From a virus (Duplodnaviria; Caudoviricetes): a stretch of 63,442 bases of DNA. How positions within the stretch are numbered: the stretch's first letter is position 1; each line of letters opens with the position of its first letter. The stretch covers positions 1 through 63,442 of the IMG/VR virus record IMGVR_UViG_3300032241_001905. One strand, given 5' to 3'. Below are positions 1 to 10,647 of the stretch, piece by piece. A model generated the notes under the pieces. The model had not been told where the DNA came from, searched no databases, and was given only the letters and a program-made list of their open reading frames with translations. Made by a program: the position numbers and the translations under genes.

Positions 1-1
1 A

Positions 2-586
2 CCTAAACCAATTGATCCATATGGTGTAGCTAAGTATGCTTGTGAAATGGATATTCAAATAGCTAATGAACAACATGGTTTAGATTATTGTATTATTCGT
101 CCTCATAATGTTTATGGTGCTAAACAAAATATTTGGGACAAATATAGAAATGTACTTGGTATTTGGATGTATCAATATATGAATGATGAACCAATGACTA
201 TATTTGGTGATGGTTTTCAAACAAGAGCATTTAGCTACATAGATGATATTATTAAACCACTATGGAACTCAGCTGTATTACCTGAAGCATCTAAAGAAAT
301 TATTAATTTAGGAGGAATCCAATCATATAACATTAGAGAGGCAAATGCTATTTTAAGAAATGTTATAGGCGGTGGTGAAGTAGTGGCTAAAGAAGCAAGA
401 CATGAAGTTAAACATTCTATCCCAACTTATCAAAAATCAGTTGATATTTTAGGATTTGAACATACTACTAATCTACATGATGGTTTAGTTGAAATGTGGG
501 AATGGGCTCAAAAACAACCTAAACGAGACCGTTTTAAATGGCCTAGTTATGAATTAGATAATGGTATTTATAAATTTTGGAAATAA
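2..586 (+). CDS. NAD-dependent epimerase/dehydratase (extended SDR), 5'-truncated by window edge
   Basis: Frame open from nt 2: PIDPYGVAKYACE (YxxxK), RPHNVYG, IFGDGFQTRAFSYIDD. Confidence 0.9.
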   Translation, partial: PKPIDPYGVAKYACEMDIQIANEQHGLDYCIIRPHNVYGAKQNIWDKYRNVLGIWMYQYMNDEPMTIFGDGFQTRAFSYIDDIIKPLWNSAVLPEASKEIINLGGIQSYNIREANAILRNVIGGGEVVAKEARHEVKHSIPTYQKSVDILGFEHTTNLHDGLVEMWEWAQKQPKRDRFKWPSYELDNGIYKFWK

Positions 587-1917
587 TGAATTTAGCATTT
601 GAAACTGAAGGCGGTAAATTAAATTTTATAGGATGTGATGATATTAATCAATCTAATATAAAAAGATTTGGTGTACCTCCATTACTTGGAAGTATGCTTA
701 GTACTTTAACTTATGTAAAAGGAGAAGAATTACATGCTGGGTATTATGGATTTAAAATATTTTTTCCTAAAGATACACCAAATCACTATATAATATCTAC
801 TGGAGTAAATCACCATCCTGCTGAATGGGCTGGTGGAGAATTTTCTGATAATCCATTTAATAGAAAAAGTTTATTTGAATTATTAAATGACAAATATTTA
901 AAAGATTTACAAGAAGGTAGAGCGATATTATTATTAGATTCGAGCTTTGAAGGATATCATGAACATTGGTTATGGGATTTCTTTCATAAAGAGTGTAAAA
1001 AACATAATATCCCGCCTCCCGCTGTTGTTTTTATAAGCGGAAATATGATTGTTGAAAGTGAATATAACAAATATGTTCATCAAAATAATATTACTGTTGA
1101 AAATAGAATAAAAACTATAGGATATCCTCATTTTCAAATAGATGTTTTATTAAACGCTGTTAATAGAGTTAATTTATATGAACAACCAAGATTACCTAAT
1201 TTTAATGATCATATAGAATACAAAACAACTAATCCAAACAAAATTAAAACATATGCCTGTTTAAATAAACGCACAAGACCTCACAGAATATGGTTCCATT
1301 CATATTTGTATCATGCTAATTTACTAGATAAAGGATTGGTAAGTATGAATGATTATAATTATTTTGATCAAAATGAATGGGAAGGAAAATTAATACAATC
1401 TGGAGAATGGTTTGATCCTCCTAAAAAATTATTACCTACTTTAGTATATGATACGCCTAATAACACATTAGGAGATCCTTACTATATTACTCGTTACAAT
1501 GATCAGGTATGTTTAGATACTTGGGTTAGCGTTATTCCTGAGGCGGCATATGGTGATAGTGAAGGTACTTTATTTTTAAGTGAAAAAATATTTAAACCTA
1601 TTGTTTGTCATCATCCTTTTATAGTTATGGGGAACAAGGGCAGCTTAGCAAAACTAAGAGAATTAGGTTATAAAACATTTGATGGTTTTATTGATGAATC
1701 TTACGATAACTTATCTACATGGGAACGCTTTGAGGCTATTATAGAAACTATTAAAAAAGTAGATGCTATAAAAGATAAAATAGAATGGTATAAATCAATA
1801 CAAGACATAATTGAACATAATTATGAAGTTATAAGAAAAAATGTATTGACTAATAGACCTCTAGCTTTTACTGAACTACAAAAATACTACTCTAGATACT
1901 TTAAAATATTAATATAA
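586..1917 (+). CDS. Putative glycosyltransferase-like protein (GT10-like C-terminal domain)
   Basis: C-terminal FLSEKIFKPI..HPFIVMG..L..LGYKTF..IDESYD; TAATG overlap puts the start at 586; paralog of 3612-4898. Confidence 0.55.
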   Translation: MNLAFETEGGKLNFIGCDDINQSNIKRFGVPPLLGSMLSTLTYVKGEELHAGYYGFKIFFPKDTPNHYIISTGVNHHPAEWAGGEFSDNPFNRKSLFELLNDKYLKDLQEGRAILLLDSSFEGYHEHWLWDFFHKECKKHNIPPPAVVFISGNMIVESEYNKYVHQNNITVENRIKTIGYPHFQIDVLLNAVNRVNLYEQPRLPNFNDHIEYKTTNPNKIKTYACLNKRTRPHRIWFHSYLYHANLLDKGLVSMNDYNYFDQNEWEGKLIQSGEWFDPPKKLLPTLVYDTPNNTLGDPYYITRYNDQVCLDTWVSVIPEAAYGDSEGTLFLSEKIFKPIVCHHPFIVMGNKGSLAKLRELGYKTFDGFIDESYDNLSTWERFEAIIETIKKVDAIKDKIEWYKSIQDIIEHNYEVIRKNVLTNRPLAFTELQKYYSRYFKILI

Positions 1918-2810
1918 TGTATAAGTGGCAATATGAAAAAGCTAATATTACAGAGGATTCAAAAATAATTATAGCTTTAGGAGATAGCTTCACTCAAGGA
2001 CAAGGAGCTTGTAAAACAACTATTTGGGATAGATACAATTGGGATTTAAAAGTAATGCAAACCCAAGTTGATAGTAAAATTTTACATCATGAATATGAAG
2101 GAGCATGGGTTAATCAATTATGTAAAAACCATATGCCTGATTGGACTCCTATTAATTTAGGACTCAGAGGTTGTGGTAATAGAGCAACTGTTAAAGAATT
2201 ATATCTTCATCCTAATTTAGGAATAGAAAAAGCTAAAGAAAAAATTGTTATATTTTTAGCAACCGGATTAGAACGATTTGATTTTATAAACAATAGTTTT
2301 GGTGATCATCATCATTTTTTTGCAATGTGGCCTAATCCATGGGATCCAACAGCAACTGATAGAAAATTATGGGAAGCATATGCTGAAAATGTATATAGTA
2401 ATAAATTTGCTTGTATAGAATTCTTATTAAATGTGGCTGAAGTTAAAACATGGTGCAAAGCAAATAATGCTAAATTTATGCTATGTAGTGCCTTTGATAA
2501 TAGAATAAATAAAAAATTCTTTGAAGAACACGTTCCTCCTTATAATAGAGATTTTGCTGGATTATCTGATATTATAGATTGGGATGCTTTAGTTAAATTT
2601 GATGAGCAAAGTATAGCAACTGATATGCTTATGAATTTAGAAGGTAAATTAGATATGGGACAAGGCGCTTTTTATAGTTGGGCTAGAGAATATGAAAGAG
2701 GAACACCTAAAGGATATTTTACGCCTTGTTCTCATCCTTCATATAAAGGACATGGTGAAATAGCAAGATGTTTTTATGAATATATTAATAATAGTTTTAA
2801 AAATAAATAA
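1917..2810 (+). CDS. SGNH/GDSL-hydrolase-like protein (possible sugar O-acyl esterase/transferase)
   Basis: IALGDSFTQG block I, NLGLRGCGN block II, SHPSYKGH block V. Confidence 0.65.
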   Translation: MYKWQYEKANITEDSKIIIALGDSFTQGQGACKTTIWDRYNWDLKVMQTQVDSKILHHEYEGAWVNQLCKNHMPDWTPINLGLRGCGNRATVKELYLHPNLGIEKAKEKIVIFLATGLERFDFINNSFGDHHHFFAMWPNPWDPTATDRKLWEAYAENVYSNKFACIEFLLNVAEVKTWCKANNAKFMLCSAFDNRINKKFFEEHVPPYNRDFAGLSDIIDWDALVKFDEQSIATDMLMNLEGKLDMGQGAFYSWAREYERGTPKGYFTPCSHPSYKGHGEIARCFYEYINNSFKNK

Positions 2811-3631
2811 TGGTAGATTATAGTAAATTAGTTTATTTTCCTTGGTACTTTGATAAAAAGAATCTATTGCCTTTAAATACAACAGGAGTAAAAGAAACTG
2901 ATTTCTACCCAGCTGACAATGAATATACTTTTAAAAATTCATTAGCAAAAATGCCTGATGATTGGCATTATAAAACAAAAAAAGTTAGATATAAATTAAA
3001 TTCTTTAGGATATAGAGCACCTGAATTTAATACTATAGATTGGAAAAATGCTATAGTTTTATTTGGTTGTTCTTGTACATTTGGAATTGGAGTAGATGAA
3101 AGTGAAACTGTATCTCATTATTTAAGTAATATAACAGGTCGCCCAGTAGTTAATTTAGGATGGCCTGGAGGATCAAATGAAATGATGATGTATAATTCAT
3201 TATTATTAAAACAAAACTACGAAACACCATATGCTGTAGTTTGCTTATGGTCAACCACAGATAGATTTATTATGTTTTCTGATTTCCAACCATATAATGT
3301 TGGTCCATGGAATGAAGTTGAAAATCAATCTAAAGTAAAATATAAAGATTATCGTACTGACGTTTATACAAAAGCTTTTGAAAGTATAAATTTCTTTTCT
3401 GAAAATGAAGGTATACGTAATTATATGACAGCAGAATTAACTAAAGAAATTTGGAAAAATAGTACAATATACGTAAGTAGTTCATTTTTTAGTTATAAAG
3501 ATATATTAAATCTTGATTTAACATTTAGTATAGATAATGAAGCAAGAGACTTAGTACACCCGGGTAGAAAATCTAATCAAGAAGCAGCAGAAAAAATAGC
3601 CAACTTTATCAATGAAAAAAGTAATATGTAG
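2810..3631 (+). CDS. SGNH-like protein
   Basis: LFGCSCTFG, VNLGWPGGSN, RDLVHPG (DxxH). Confidence 0.6.
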   Translation: MVDYSKLVYFPWYFDKKNLLPLNTTGVKETDFYPADNEYTFKNSLAKMPDDWHYKTKKVRYKLNSLGYRAPEFNTIDWKNAIVLFGCSCTFGIGVDESETVSHYLSNITGRPVVNLGWPGGSNEMMMYNSLLLKQNYETPYAVVCLWSTTDRFIMFSDFQPYNVGPWNEVENQSKVKYKDYRTDVYTKAFESINFFSENEGIRNYMTAELTKEIWKNSTIYVSSSFFSYKDILNLDLTFSIDNEARDLVHPGRKSNQEAAEKIANFINEKSNM

Positions 3632-4898
3632 TTTAGAAGAACACGACAGTATTCTTAACTTTAATAGACCTAATGGGTCATCCAAAACATGGTACCTTAA
3701 AGAAAAAGGTGCTATTGAATATCCTATGATGTGGGGTGATTGGAATATATTTAATGATCCTGAAAAGAAAACAAATTTAATTCAAGGTGAACAAGTAAAA
3801 AATGTAGTATGTCCCCTTTATACTAATCCAATAATGGAATATAGAGATGTAACAAAATTAGGTGAATCACCTCATCTTTATATTATAAATGCATTTCGTC
3901 CTTCATTTTTTGAAGACAATAAAGATATTGGGTTTGATTGTGTACACCCACAATATATACTTGATATTAAAAATGGCAAATGCAAAATAATAATTTGTTG
4001 CTACAACGAAGGATACTCAGGAATGCCTGGCAATTTTGATTTTGAAATAATAGAAAGTTGGAGAATAAAAGCAGGATTACCTCCATATTCAGTATGTTAT
4101 GTAACAGCTAATTTATTAGGTAAGCAAATTGTTCAAGATAGAGGATTATTATTAGAAGTAGAGACTATAGGTACGTTTGAACCGTGTGTATTTTTCAATT
4201 ATATGGATGAAAAAATAATTGATTTTAAACCAATAGATGATAAATATCTTTATTTATCTTACAATAGACAACCACGTTTTCAACGTCAACGTTTTATTCA
4301 AGAATTGTTAAAATCAAATTTAATATATAAAGGTTTAATAAGTATTGGACAAGTTAAAATTGGTAATGTGTGTCCTGAATTAGAAGAAGAAACTAAAGAT
4401 TTTTTATTAAATAAAACTCCACTTTCATTAGGGTATAATTTAATACCCAACTTAGCATGTAATATTCACGCTTCTGATTTTGAACAAACGTTTATTTCTG
4501 TAGTTACTGAAACATTGACGTGTTCTGGTACATTATTTTTATCTGAAAAAACATGGAAACCTTTGTTAGTTGGTCATCCTTTTCTTACCTTTGGCAATAA
4601 AGGTACATTAAATTATTTAAGAAATATAGGATTTATAACATTTGATAAGTGGATAGATGAAAGTTATGATGAATTAGATAATGAAGATGATCGATATAAA
4701 GCTGTAGTTGCTGAGTTAAATAAATTTAGCTCTAAATCTATAGATGAATTAACACAAATTAGAAAAGAAATGGAACCCATATTAAATCATAACCAAGTTC
4801 TATTTAGAACAATGTTTAGAGAAAGATATGATTGGAGTAATAACAGTTTATTATTATTAAATTTCTTTCAAAAAATATGGAATAGCATAAATCAATAA
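3612..4898 (+). CDS. Putative glycosyltransferase-like protein (GT10-like C-terminal domain)
   Basis: SVVTET..FLSEKTWKP..HPFL..G..GFITF..IDESYD; paralog of 586-1917. Confidence 0.55.
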   Translation: MKKVICSLEEHDSILNFNRPNGSSKTWYLKEKGAIEYPMMWGDWNIFNDPEKKTNLIQGEQVKNVVCPLYTNPIMEYRDVTKLGESPHLYIINAFRPSFFEDNKDIGFDCVHPQYILDIKNGKCKIIICCYNEGYSGMPGNFDFEIIESWRIKAGLPPYSVCYVTANLLGKQIVQDRGLLLEVETIGTFEPCVFFNYMDEKIIDFKPIDDKYLYLSYNRQPRFQRQRFIQELLKSNLIYKGLISIGQVKIGNVCPELEEETKDFLLNKTPLSLGYNLIPNLACNIHASDFEQTFISVVTETLTCSGTLFLSEKTWKPLLVGHPFLTFGNKGTLNYLRNIGFITFDKWIDESYDELDNEDDRYKAVVAELNKFSSKSIDELTQIRKEMEPILNHNQVLFRTMFRERYDWSNNSLLLLNFFQKIWNSINQ

Positions 4899-4899
4899 T

Positions 4900-5697
4900 A
4901 TGAAAAGAAGAATATTTACATTTGGATGTAGCTTTACAGAGTATACATGGCCAACATGGGCTGACCAAATATTGTATAAAAATGAAGGTGTTAACTACGG
5001 GATATGTGGCGGTGGATATGAAAATATAATGAACTGCCTAGTTCAATGTGATTTTGATTACAAATTAACCCCAGACGATGTTGTTGTTGTAGTTTACCCT
5101 AATTTATTAAGATGGGATTGTGCTATATATCCTAAAACAAAGGGTTTTGGTAATGCTATTACTTCGCCTTGGATTGATCATAAAGATGATTTATGGAATA
5201 TAGAGGGTATGGTATATAAAAATTTAAATATCATGGTTATGGTAGATACATTTTTAAAATCTAAAGGCGTTATTTACAGATACAGCAGTATTACCAAAAT
5301 ATTTACCTACTTAGAAAACTACTTTAACGATGATTATCAGGTAAATGGTGATGTTTTAGAACATTTAAATACAGTTAAAAATAGTTTACCATTCTTACAA
5401 GATTTTTATACATATCTTTATGATGATCATGATACTGATAATAGATGGGATTGTACTAAAAACTGGAGCAACGGTAGAGGAGAATATCACCCAAGACCAG
5501 AAGGTCATTATAGATGGTTAATGAATGTATTGATGCCTACCTTAGATGCAAGTATTAATATTAATGAATACGATATAAAAGAAATAGAAGATTATTTAGA
5601 TGATAATGATGATTTCAATGCTGTTGAGGATTATTTTTCTAAATCTGAATACGAACAAAATAGAAAAGACTGGTATAAACTGCATAAAAAGAATTAA
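4900..5697 (+). CDS. SGNH-like protein
   Basis: FTFGCSFT, NYGICGGG, YHPRPEGH. Confidence 0.55.
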   Translation: MKRRIFTFGCSFTEYTWPTWADQILYKNEGVNYGICGGGYENIMNCLVQCDFDYKLTPDDVVVVVYPNLLRWDCAIYPKTKGFGNAITSPWIDHKDDLWNIEGMVYKNLNIMVMVDTFLKSKGVIYRYSSITKIFTYLENYFNDDYQVNGDVLEHLNTVKNSLPFLQDFYTYLYDDHDTDNRWDCTKNWSNGRGEYHPRPEGHYRWLMNVLMPTLDASININEYDIKEIEDYLDDNDDFNAVEDYFSKSEYEQNRKDWYKLHKKN

Positions 5698-6644
5698 TGA
5701 AAATAGTACATACTTTTGTAAGGCAAGGAATGGGGTATTATCCTGAATATAGAGAATTAATGGATACTTGGAGGTTAAAAGGGATGATATTAAGTTGCAT
5801 TTTAGCTAGAAAACATTATGATGAAGTAGAGCTATGGACTAGTAAAGAAATAGCAGAATTAATTCAAAAATTAGGATTACCTTATACTAAAATTAATGTA
5901 CATGGAAAAGAAGCAATAAGTAATGCTGTATTATTTGGTTTACCTAAATTATATACTTTTTTAGAACAAACTGAACCTTTTGTTCATATTGATGTAGATA
6001 CATTTTTATTTGATAGACTAAATGAATCTAGATTAACTGATATTACTTTCTGCCATCAGGATGTAGTAATAAATAAATTAAGTTCTATTAAAACATACTA
6101 TGAAATTTATGTTGAATCTCTTTTAGAAAACCAAGATAAATTACCAGAGTGGTATGGATCAAATATTGATATTAATGAAATACCAAATATGAATCTTGTA
6201 GCTATAAAAAGCATAAATGAATTTAAAGAAGCAGTACAATTAATTTTAAGTATATATCTTCAAAATAAAGAACATTGGGATAAATTAACATATAATGGTT
6301 CTATGATTATGGAACAATTAGGAACAGGAACCTGTCTTAAACATTTAAATCATAGATTTGATTATTATTTTGATAATCACATACCTAATATGTCTATTAA
6401 AAATAATTTTATGGCTTTTTTTAATCCTTATACTAAAAAGCAACAATTATTCAATACTGATACTCAAATGAATGAAATTGATAATTTTAATTATGACGGG
6501 TATCTACATACTAGCGGATATTGGCTAAGTAATCCCCTTACTCAAAAGATAATAGAGAGTAGGATAGTCAAAGAAGGATACGGAGATTTATTGTCATTAG
6601 TAGATTCGGCAAACGTATACAAAAATTATTTAAAATATATATAA
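5697..6644 (+). CDS. DUF6734-like / GT-A-fold-like protein
   Basis: PKL..EPFVHIDVDTFLF (DxD), EQ motif, YLH near C-terminus. Confidence 0.5.
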   Translation: MKIVHTFVRQGMGYYPEYRELMDTWRLKGMILSCILARKHYDEVELWTSKEIAELIQKLGLPYTKINVHGKEAISNAVLFGLPKLYTFLEQTEPFVHIDVDTFLFDRLNESRLTDITFCHQDVVINKLSSIKTYYEIYVESLLENQDKLPEWYGSNIDINEIPNMNLVAIKSINEFKEAVQLILSIYLQNKEHWDKLTYNGSMIMEQLGTGTCLKHLNHRFDYYFDNHIPNMSIKNNFMAFFNPYTKKQQLFNTDTQMNEIDNFNYDGYLHTSGYWLSNPLTQKIIESRIVKEGYGDLLSLVDSANVYKNYLKYI

Positions 6645-6645
6645 A

Positions 6646-7806
6646 ATGAAAGTAGGTTTCATTGGAATTGGTAAATTAGGTAAAGATGCTGCGGAAGTTA
6701 TGCATGACGCAGGACATGATGTTTTGGGATATGATATTAAACCAATACTTGATTGTAGAATTTATCAAACAACATCATTAAAAGATGTTTGTAAAGATAG
6801 AGAGATAATATTCATAGCTGTACCAACTCCACATCACCCTGATTATGATGGAAGTCAACCAACTTCACATTTGGAACCAAAAGATTTTGATTATTCAATT
6901 GTTAAGAGTGTATTAAAGGAAATAAATCAATATACCACTAAAGAACAACTAGTTGTTTTAATATCGACTGTTTTACCAGGTACAACAAGACGTGAATTTA
7001 TTCCATTAGTTGAAAATTATCGTTTTATTTATAATCCATATCTTATTGCTATGGGTACTGTTAAAAGTGATATGGTTAATCCCGAAATGTTAATTATTGG
7101 TACGGAAGATGGTACTGAAACAGGGGACGCTAAATTATTAACTGATTTTTATCAAACATTTATAAAACCAAATACAAGGTGTGAAATAGGAACTTGGGAT
7201 GATGCTGAAGCGATTAAAATATTTTATAATACTTTTATATCTGCTAAAATATCATTAGTTAATATGATTATGGATGTTGCAGAAAGAAATGGTAATATGA
7301 ATACCGATGTTGTTACGGGTGCTTTAGAAAGGAGTACATATAGAATCATGGGGCCAGCATATATGAAAGCAGGTATGGGTGATGGAGGAGCTTGTCATCC
7401 GAGAGATAATATTGCATTAAGATATATGTCAAAAGAATATGGTCTAACATATGATTTATTTGATTCTATAATGAAATCAAGAGAAGAACAAGCTAAAAAT
7501 ATTGCTACAAAATTATTGGAATTATACGATGAAAATGATTTACCTATTGTAATTTTAGGTGAGAGTTATAAACCAGGTGTTCCATATGTAGATGGTTCAT
7601 ATACTAAATTAATTGCTCATTACTTAGATTATCCATGGTTATACTATGACCAAATTATTGAACCAGCGATTTATTTATTAGGACATAGAGGTGTTTACAA
7701 TGAAACTGTTTTTCCTGAAGGAAGTATTGTGTTAGACCCTTGGAGAGAAAGATTTAAAAAAGATACAATTTATTACGGAAACAATAACCCACAATGCATA
7801 TACTAG
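6646..7806 (+). CDS. ugd: UDP-glucose/GDP-mannose 6-dehydrogenase
   Basis: GFIGIGKLG Rossmann motif, FIAVPTP, STVLPGT, GGACHPRD catalytic Cys. Confidence 0.92.
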   Translation: MKVGFIGIGKLGKDAAEVMHDAGHDVLGYDIKPILDCRIYQTTSLKDVCKDREIIFIAVPTPHHPDYDGSQPTSHLEPKDFDYSIVKSVLKEINQYTTKEQLVVLISTVLPGTTRREFIPLVENYRFIYNPYLIAMGTVKSDMVNPEMLIIGTEDGTETGDAKLLTDFYQTFIKPNTRCEIGTWDDAEAIKIFYNTFISAKISLVNMIMDVAERNGNMNTDVVTGALERSTYRIMGPAYMKAGMGDGGACHPRDNIALRYMSKEYGLTYDLFDSIMKSREEQAKNIATKLLELYDENDLPIVILGESYKPGVPYVDGSYTKLIAHYLDYPWLYYDQIIEPAIYLLGHRGVYNETVFPEGSIVLDPWRERFKKDTIYYGNNNPQCIY

Positions 7807-9365
7807 GAATATCAGCATATTATCATGATTCAGCTGCTTGCTTATTTAAAGATGGCAAGTTGGTGTATGCATGTGAAGAAGAAAAATTTACAGGAATTAA
7901 ACACGATTCATCGTTTCCTGTTAACGCAATAAAGTATATTTTTGATCATCTTGTAGATAAAGTAGATATTGTATGTTATTATGAAAAACCTTCTTTAAAA
8001 TTAAAACGAGCATTTAAACATAACATTAAATCAGTACCTCGCATATTGTGGACTAATATTAAATTATGGTTTCAATTAAGGAAGTTAGGCGCTGAAATAC
8101 GTTATTCAAATCACCATAACTCTCATTTAGCATATGCCTATTATACTTCACCATTTGATGAAGCTACTGTAATCAGTATAGATGGTGTTGGTGAAGAAGA
8201 AACAATATGTATTGCTAAAGCCGATTATGGTCGTATAAAAAAAATTAAAACAACAAAATATCCTCATTCATTAGGATTATTTTATTCTGCTATAACAGCA
8301 TATTTAGGATTTAAACCAAATGAAGGTGAATACAAAGTAATGGGTTTAGCATCATATGGAGATCCTTCAGTGTATGCTGGTGCTTTTCATAAATTAATTA
8401 ATCATAGAGATGGTATTAAAATAAACATGAAATATTTTACTTGGAATAAAAGTAACAAAACCATGTTTAATCATCATCTACTAGAAGTACTAGGTGATAA
8501 TAGGCTACCAGATGAACCAATAACTCAACGCCATAAAGACATTGCTGCTGCTTTACAACAAACATATGAGCGATTATTTTTCTATTTATTAAACCAACAT
8601 CCGGGTGAAAATTTATGTTTAGGTGGGGGCTGTGCTTATAATGGAACAGCAAATGGAAAAATTAAAGATAATACCTCATACAAAAATATTTACATACCAC
8701 AAGCCCCCTCTGATGCAGGATCAGCAATTGGTGCTTGTTTAGATTATATAAGATATCATCGTGAAATAGATTTATTTGTAGGTCCTGAATATACCATAGA
8801 TATACCTAATTCTCAACCATTAAATTTAGAAATAATTGCTAAAGAGTTAAATAATGGAAAGGTAGTAGGTTGGTATGAAGGTAAAATTGAATTTGGCGCT
8901 CGCGCGTTAGGGCATAGAAGTATATTAGCTAACCCTACATTACCTGGTATGCAAGACCGCATCAATAAACTCATTAAAAAACGCGAAATGTTCAGGCCTT
9001 TTGCTCCAATGGTAATTTATAATGAACAAAATAAGTATTTTGATTCCGTTGATTATGTGCCTTATATGAATCAAGTAGTTAAAGTTAGAGAGGAATATAG
9101 AGATAAACTAACTGCTGTAACGCACATTGATGGGACAGCCCGTATTCAATCTATAAAATATGAAGACAATAATAAAATGTATATATTGTTAAATATTTTT
9201 AGAATGCATAGTGGATTTCCTATCTTACTTAACACATCGTTTAATATTAAAGATAAAACAATGGTGTTAACTCCTGAAGATGCATTACTAACATTTTACG
9301 AAACTGATATAGATATACTAGTTATTAACAATCAAATGATATTTAAAAATGATAAAACTAATTAA
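7794..9365 (+). CDS. Carbamoyltransferase, NodU/CmcH family
   Basis: ILGISAYYHDSAA, HHNSH, DGVGE, GEYKVMGLA, EFGARALGHRS, KKREMFRPFAP, HIDGTAR, LNTSFN. Confidence 0.95.
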   Translation: MHILGISAYYHDSAACLFKDGKLVYACEEEKFTGIKHDSSFPVNAIKYIFDHLVDKVDIVCYYEKPSLKLKRAFKHNIKSVPRILWTNIKLWFQLRKLGAEIRYSNHHNSHLAYAYYTSPFDEATVISIDGVGEEETICIAKADYGRIKKIKTTKYPHSLGLFYSAITAYLGFKPNEGEYKVMGLASYGDPSVYAGAFHKLINHRDGIKINMKYFTWNKSNKTMFNHHLLEVLGDNRLPDEPITQRHKDIAAALQQTYERLFFYLLNQHPGENLCLGGGCAYNGTANGKIKDNTSYKNIYIPQAPSDAGSAIGACLDYIRYHREIDLFVGPEYTIDIPNSQPLNLEIIAKELNNGKVVGWYEGKIEFGARALGHRSILANPTLPGMQDRINKLIKKREMFRPFAPMVIYNEQNKYFDSVDYVPYMNQVVKVREEYRDKLTAVTHIDGTARIQSIKYEDNNKMYILLNIFRMHSGFPILLNTSFNIKDKTMVLTPEDALLTFYETDIDILVINNQMIFKNDKTN

Positions 9366-9456
9366 GCGTTTAATTGACAAATGGACATATAAACGCAAAT
9401 TGAAAAAACGTATGGAGGAATTAAAGAAACACGACCCATTCACTTACAGACATTAA
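9349..9456 (+). CDS. Small basic protein (35 aa, ends LKKHDPFTYRH), not in ORF track
   Basis: ATG 9349 to TAA 9456 fills the gap between the carbamoyltransferase and the radical SAM gene. Confidence 0.6.
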   Translation: MIKLIKRLIDKWTYKRKLKKRMEELKKHDPFTYRH

Positions 9457-9457
9457 A

Positions 9458-10525
9458 ATGGTTGATTTAAAAAAATATGTTTGTACTGTTCCTTTCATTT
9501 CATTACAACTTCACCAACAAGGACCTTTTTTGTGTTGTGAAGGTTGGTTAAAAAATCACATTCCTAAAGAAACTCCATTAGAAGAAATTTGGAATAGTAA
9601 AGAAGCCATTGAAGTTAGAAAATCAATGATGGATGGCTCATACCGTTACTGTGACAAGAACGGCTGCCCCTATCTTTCTCAACTAATAAATGTTGGTGAA
9701 AGTGGAAATATTGGATATTTTACTAAAGTAGAAAATCTTCCATCTAAAATTAAAAAATTATATGATAACAATTCGGGATACATGGAGGAATTTCCTGAAA
9801 TATTCCAATACTCATATGATAAAACCTGCAACTATAAATGCCCAACTTGCAGAACTGATTTTATAATAGAAAATTCAGACAAAATAAAGGAAATTCAAAA
9901 ATTAACAGAAGATATTGAAATATTATTCGCAAATGAATTAAGAATGCTTTATCTATCTGGCTCAGCAGATCCATTTGCTTCAGTAACATATAGAAATTTT
10001 TTAAGAAACTTTGATGCTAAAAAATATCCTAAATTAGAATCCATACATTTACATACTAATGCAGGGTTATGGAATAAAAAAATGTGGGATAGTATGAAAA
10101 ATATTCACAAATATGTTACTACTTGTGAAATTAGTATAGACGCTGCTACGAAATACACATATGAAAATATTACAAGATTAGGGGGTAATTGGGATACTTT
10201 TATTGATAATTTGAAATTTATTAATTCAATAAAAAAAATAAAATATGTAAAAACATCATTTGTTGTTCAATCTGAAAATTATACTGAAATGAAACCATTT
10301 GTTGATTTAATGAAATCTATATTTGGAAAAAAAGTTGAAATATTTTTTGGTAGATTAGATAACTGGGGAACGTTTGATGAATCAATGTATAAACTTAAAA
10401 ATGTATGTGATGTTAATCATCCGGAGCATGGTTTATTTAAAAAAGAATTAGATAAAGTATGGAAAGATCCACAGGTATTTAGTAATATACATGAATATAT
10501 AGACATTAAAAAGACAATATTCTAA
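9458..10525 (+). CDS. Radical SAM protein with N-terminal SPASM/twitch-like Cys cluster
   Basis: CNYKCPTC (CxxxCxxC); N-terminal C..CC..C..C; ISIDA. Confidence 0.85.
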   Translation: MVDLKKYVCTVPFISLQLHQQGPFLCCEGWLKNHIPKETPLEEIWNSKEAIEVRKSMMDGSYRYCDKNGCPYLSQLINVGESGNIGYFTKVENLPSKIKKLYDNNSGYMEEFPEIFQYSYDKTCNYKCPTCRTDFIIENSDKIKEIQKLTEDIEILFANELRMLYLSGSADPFASVTYRNFLRNFDAKKYPKLESIHLHTNAGLWNKKMWDSMKNIHKYVTTCEISIDAATKYTYENITRLGGNWDTFIDNLKFINSIKKIKYVKTSFVVQSENYTEMKPFVDLMKSIFGKKVEIFFGRLDNWGTFDESMYKLKNVCDVNHPEHGLFKKELDKVWKDPQVFSNIHEYIDIKKTIF

Positions 10526-10638
10526 TGGTTGGAATAAGTTTACTAGCATATGGTGATGAACACATTAGTGAAGCAATTTATTTAATTGATAAACTAGAAA
10601 AATACAAATTATTAAATAAAGAAAAAACAATATTTTAA
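10525..10638 (+). CDS. 37-aa mini-ORF MVGISLLAYGDEH...NKEKTIF, possibly an internally deleted gene
   Basis: TAATG coupling with the upstream gene; same KTIF C-terminus as the radical SAM protein. Confidence 0.5.
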   Translation: MVGISLLAYGDEHISEAIYLIDKLEKYKLLNKEKTIF

Positions 10639-10647
10639 ATAAAGCAT

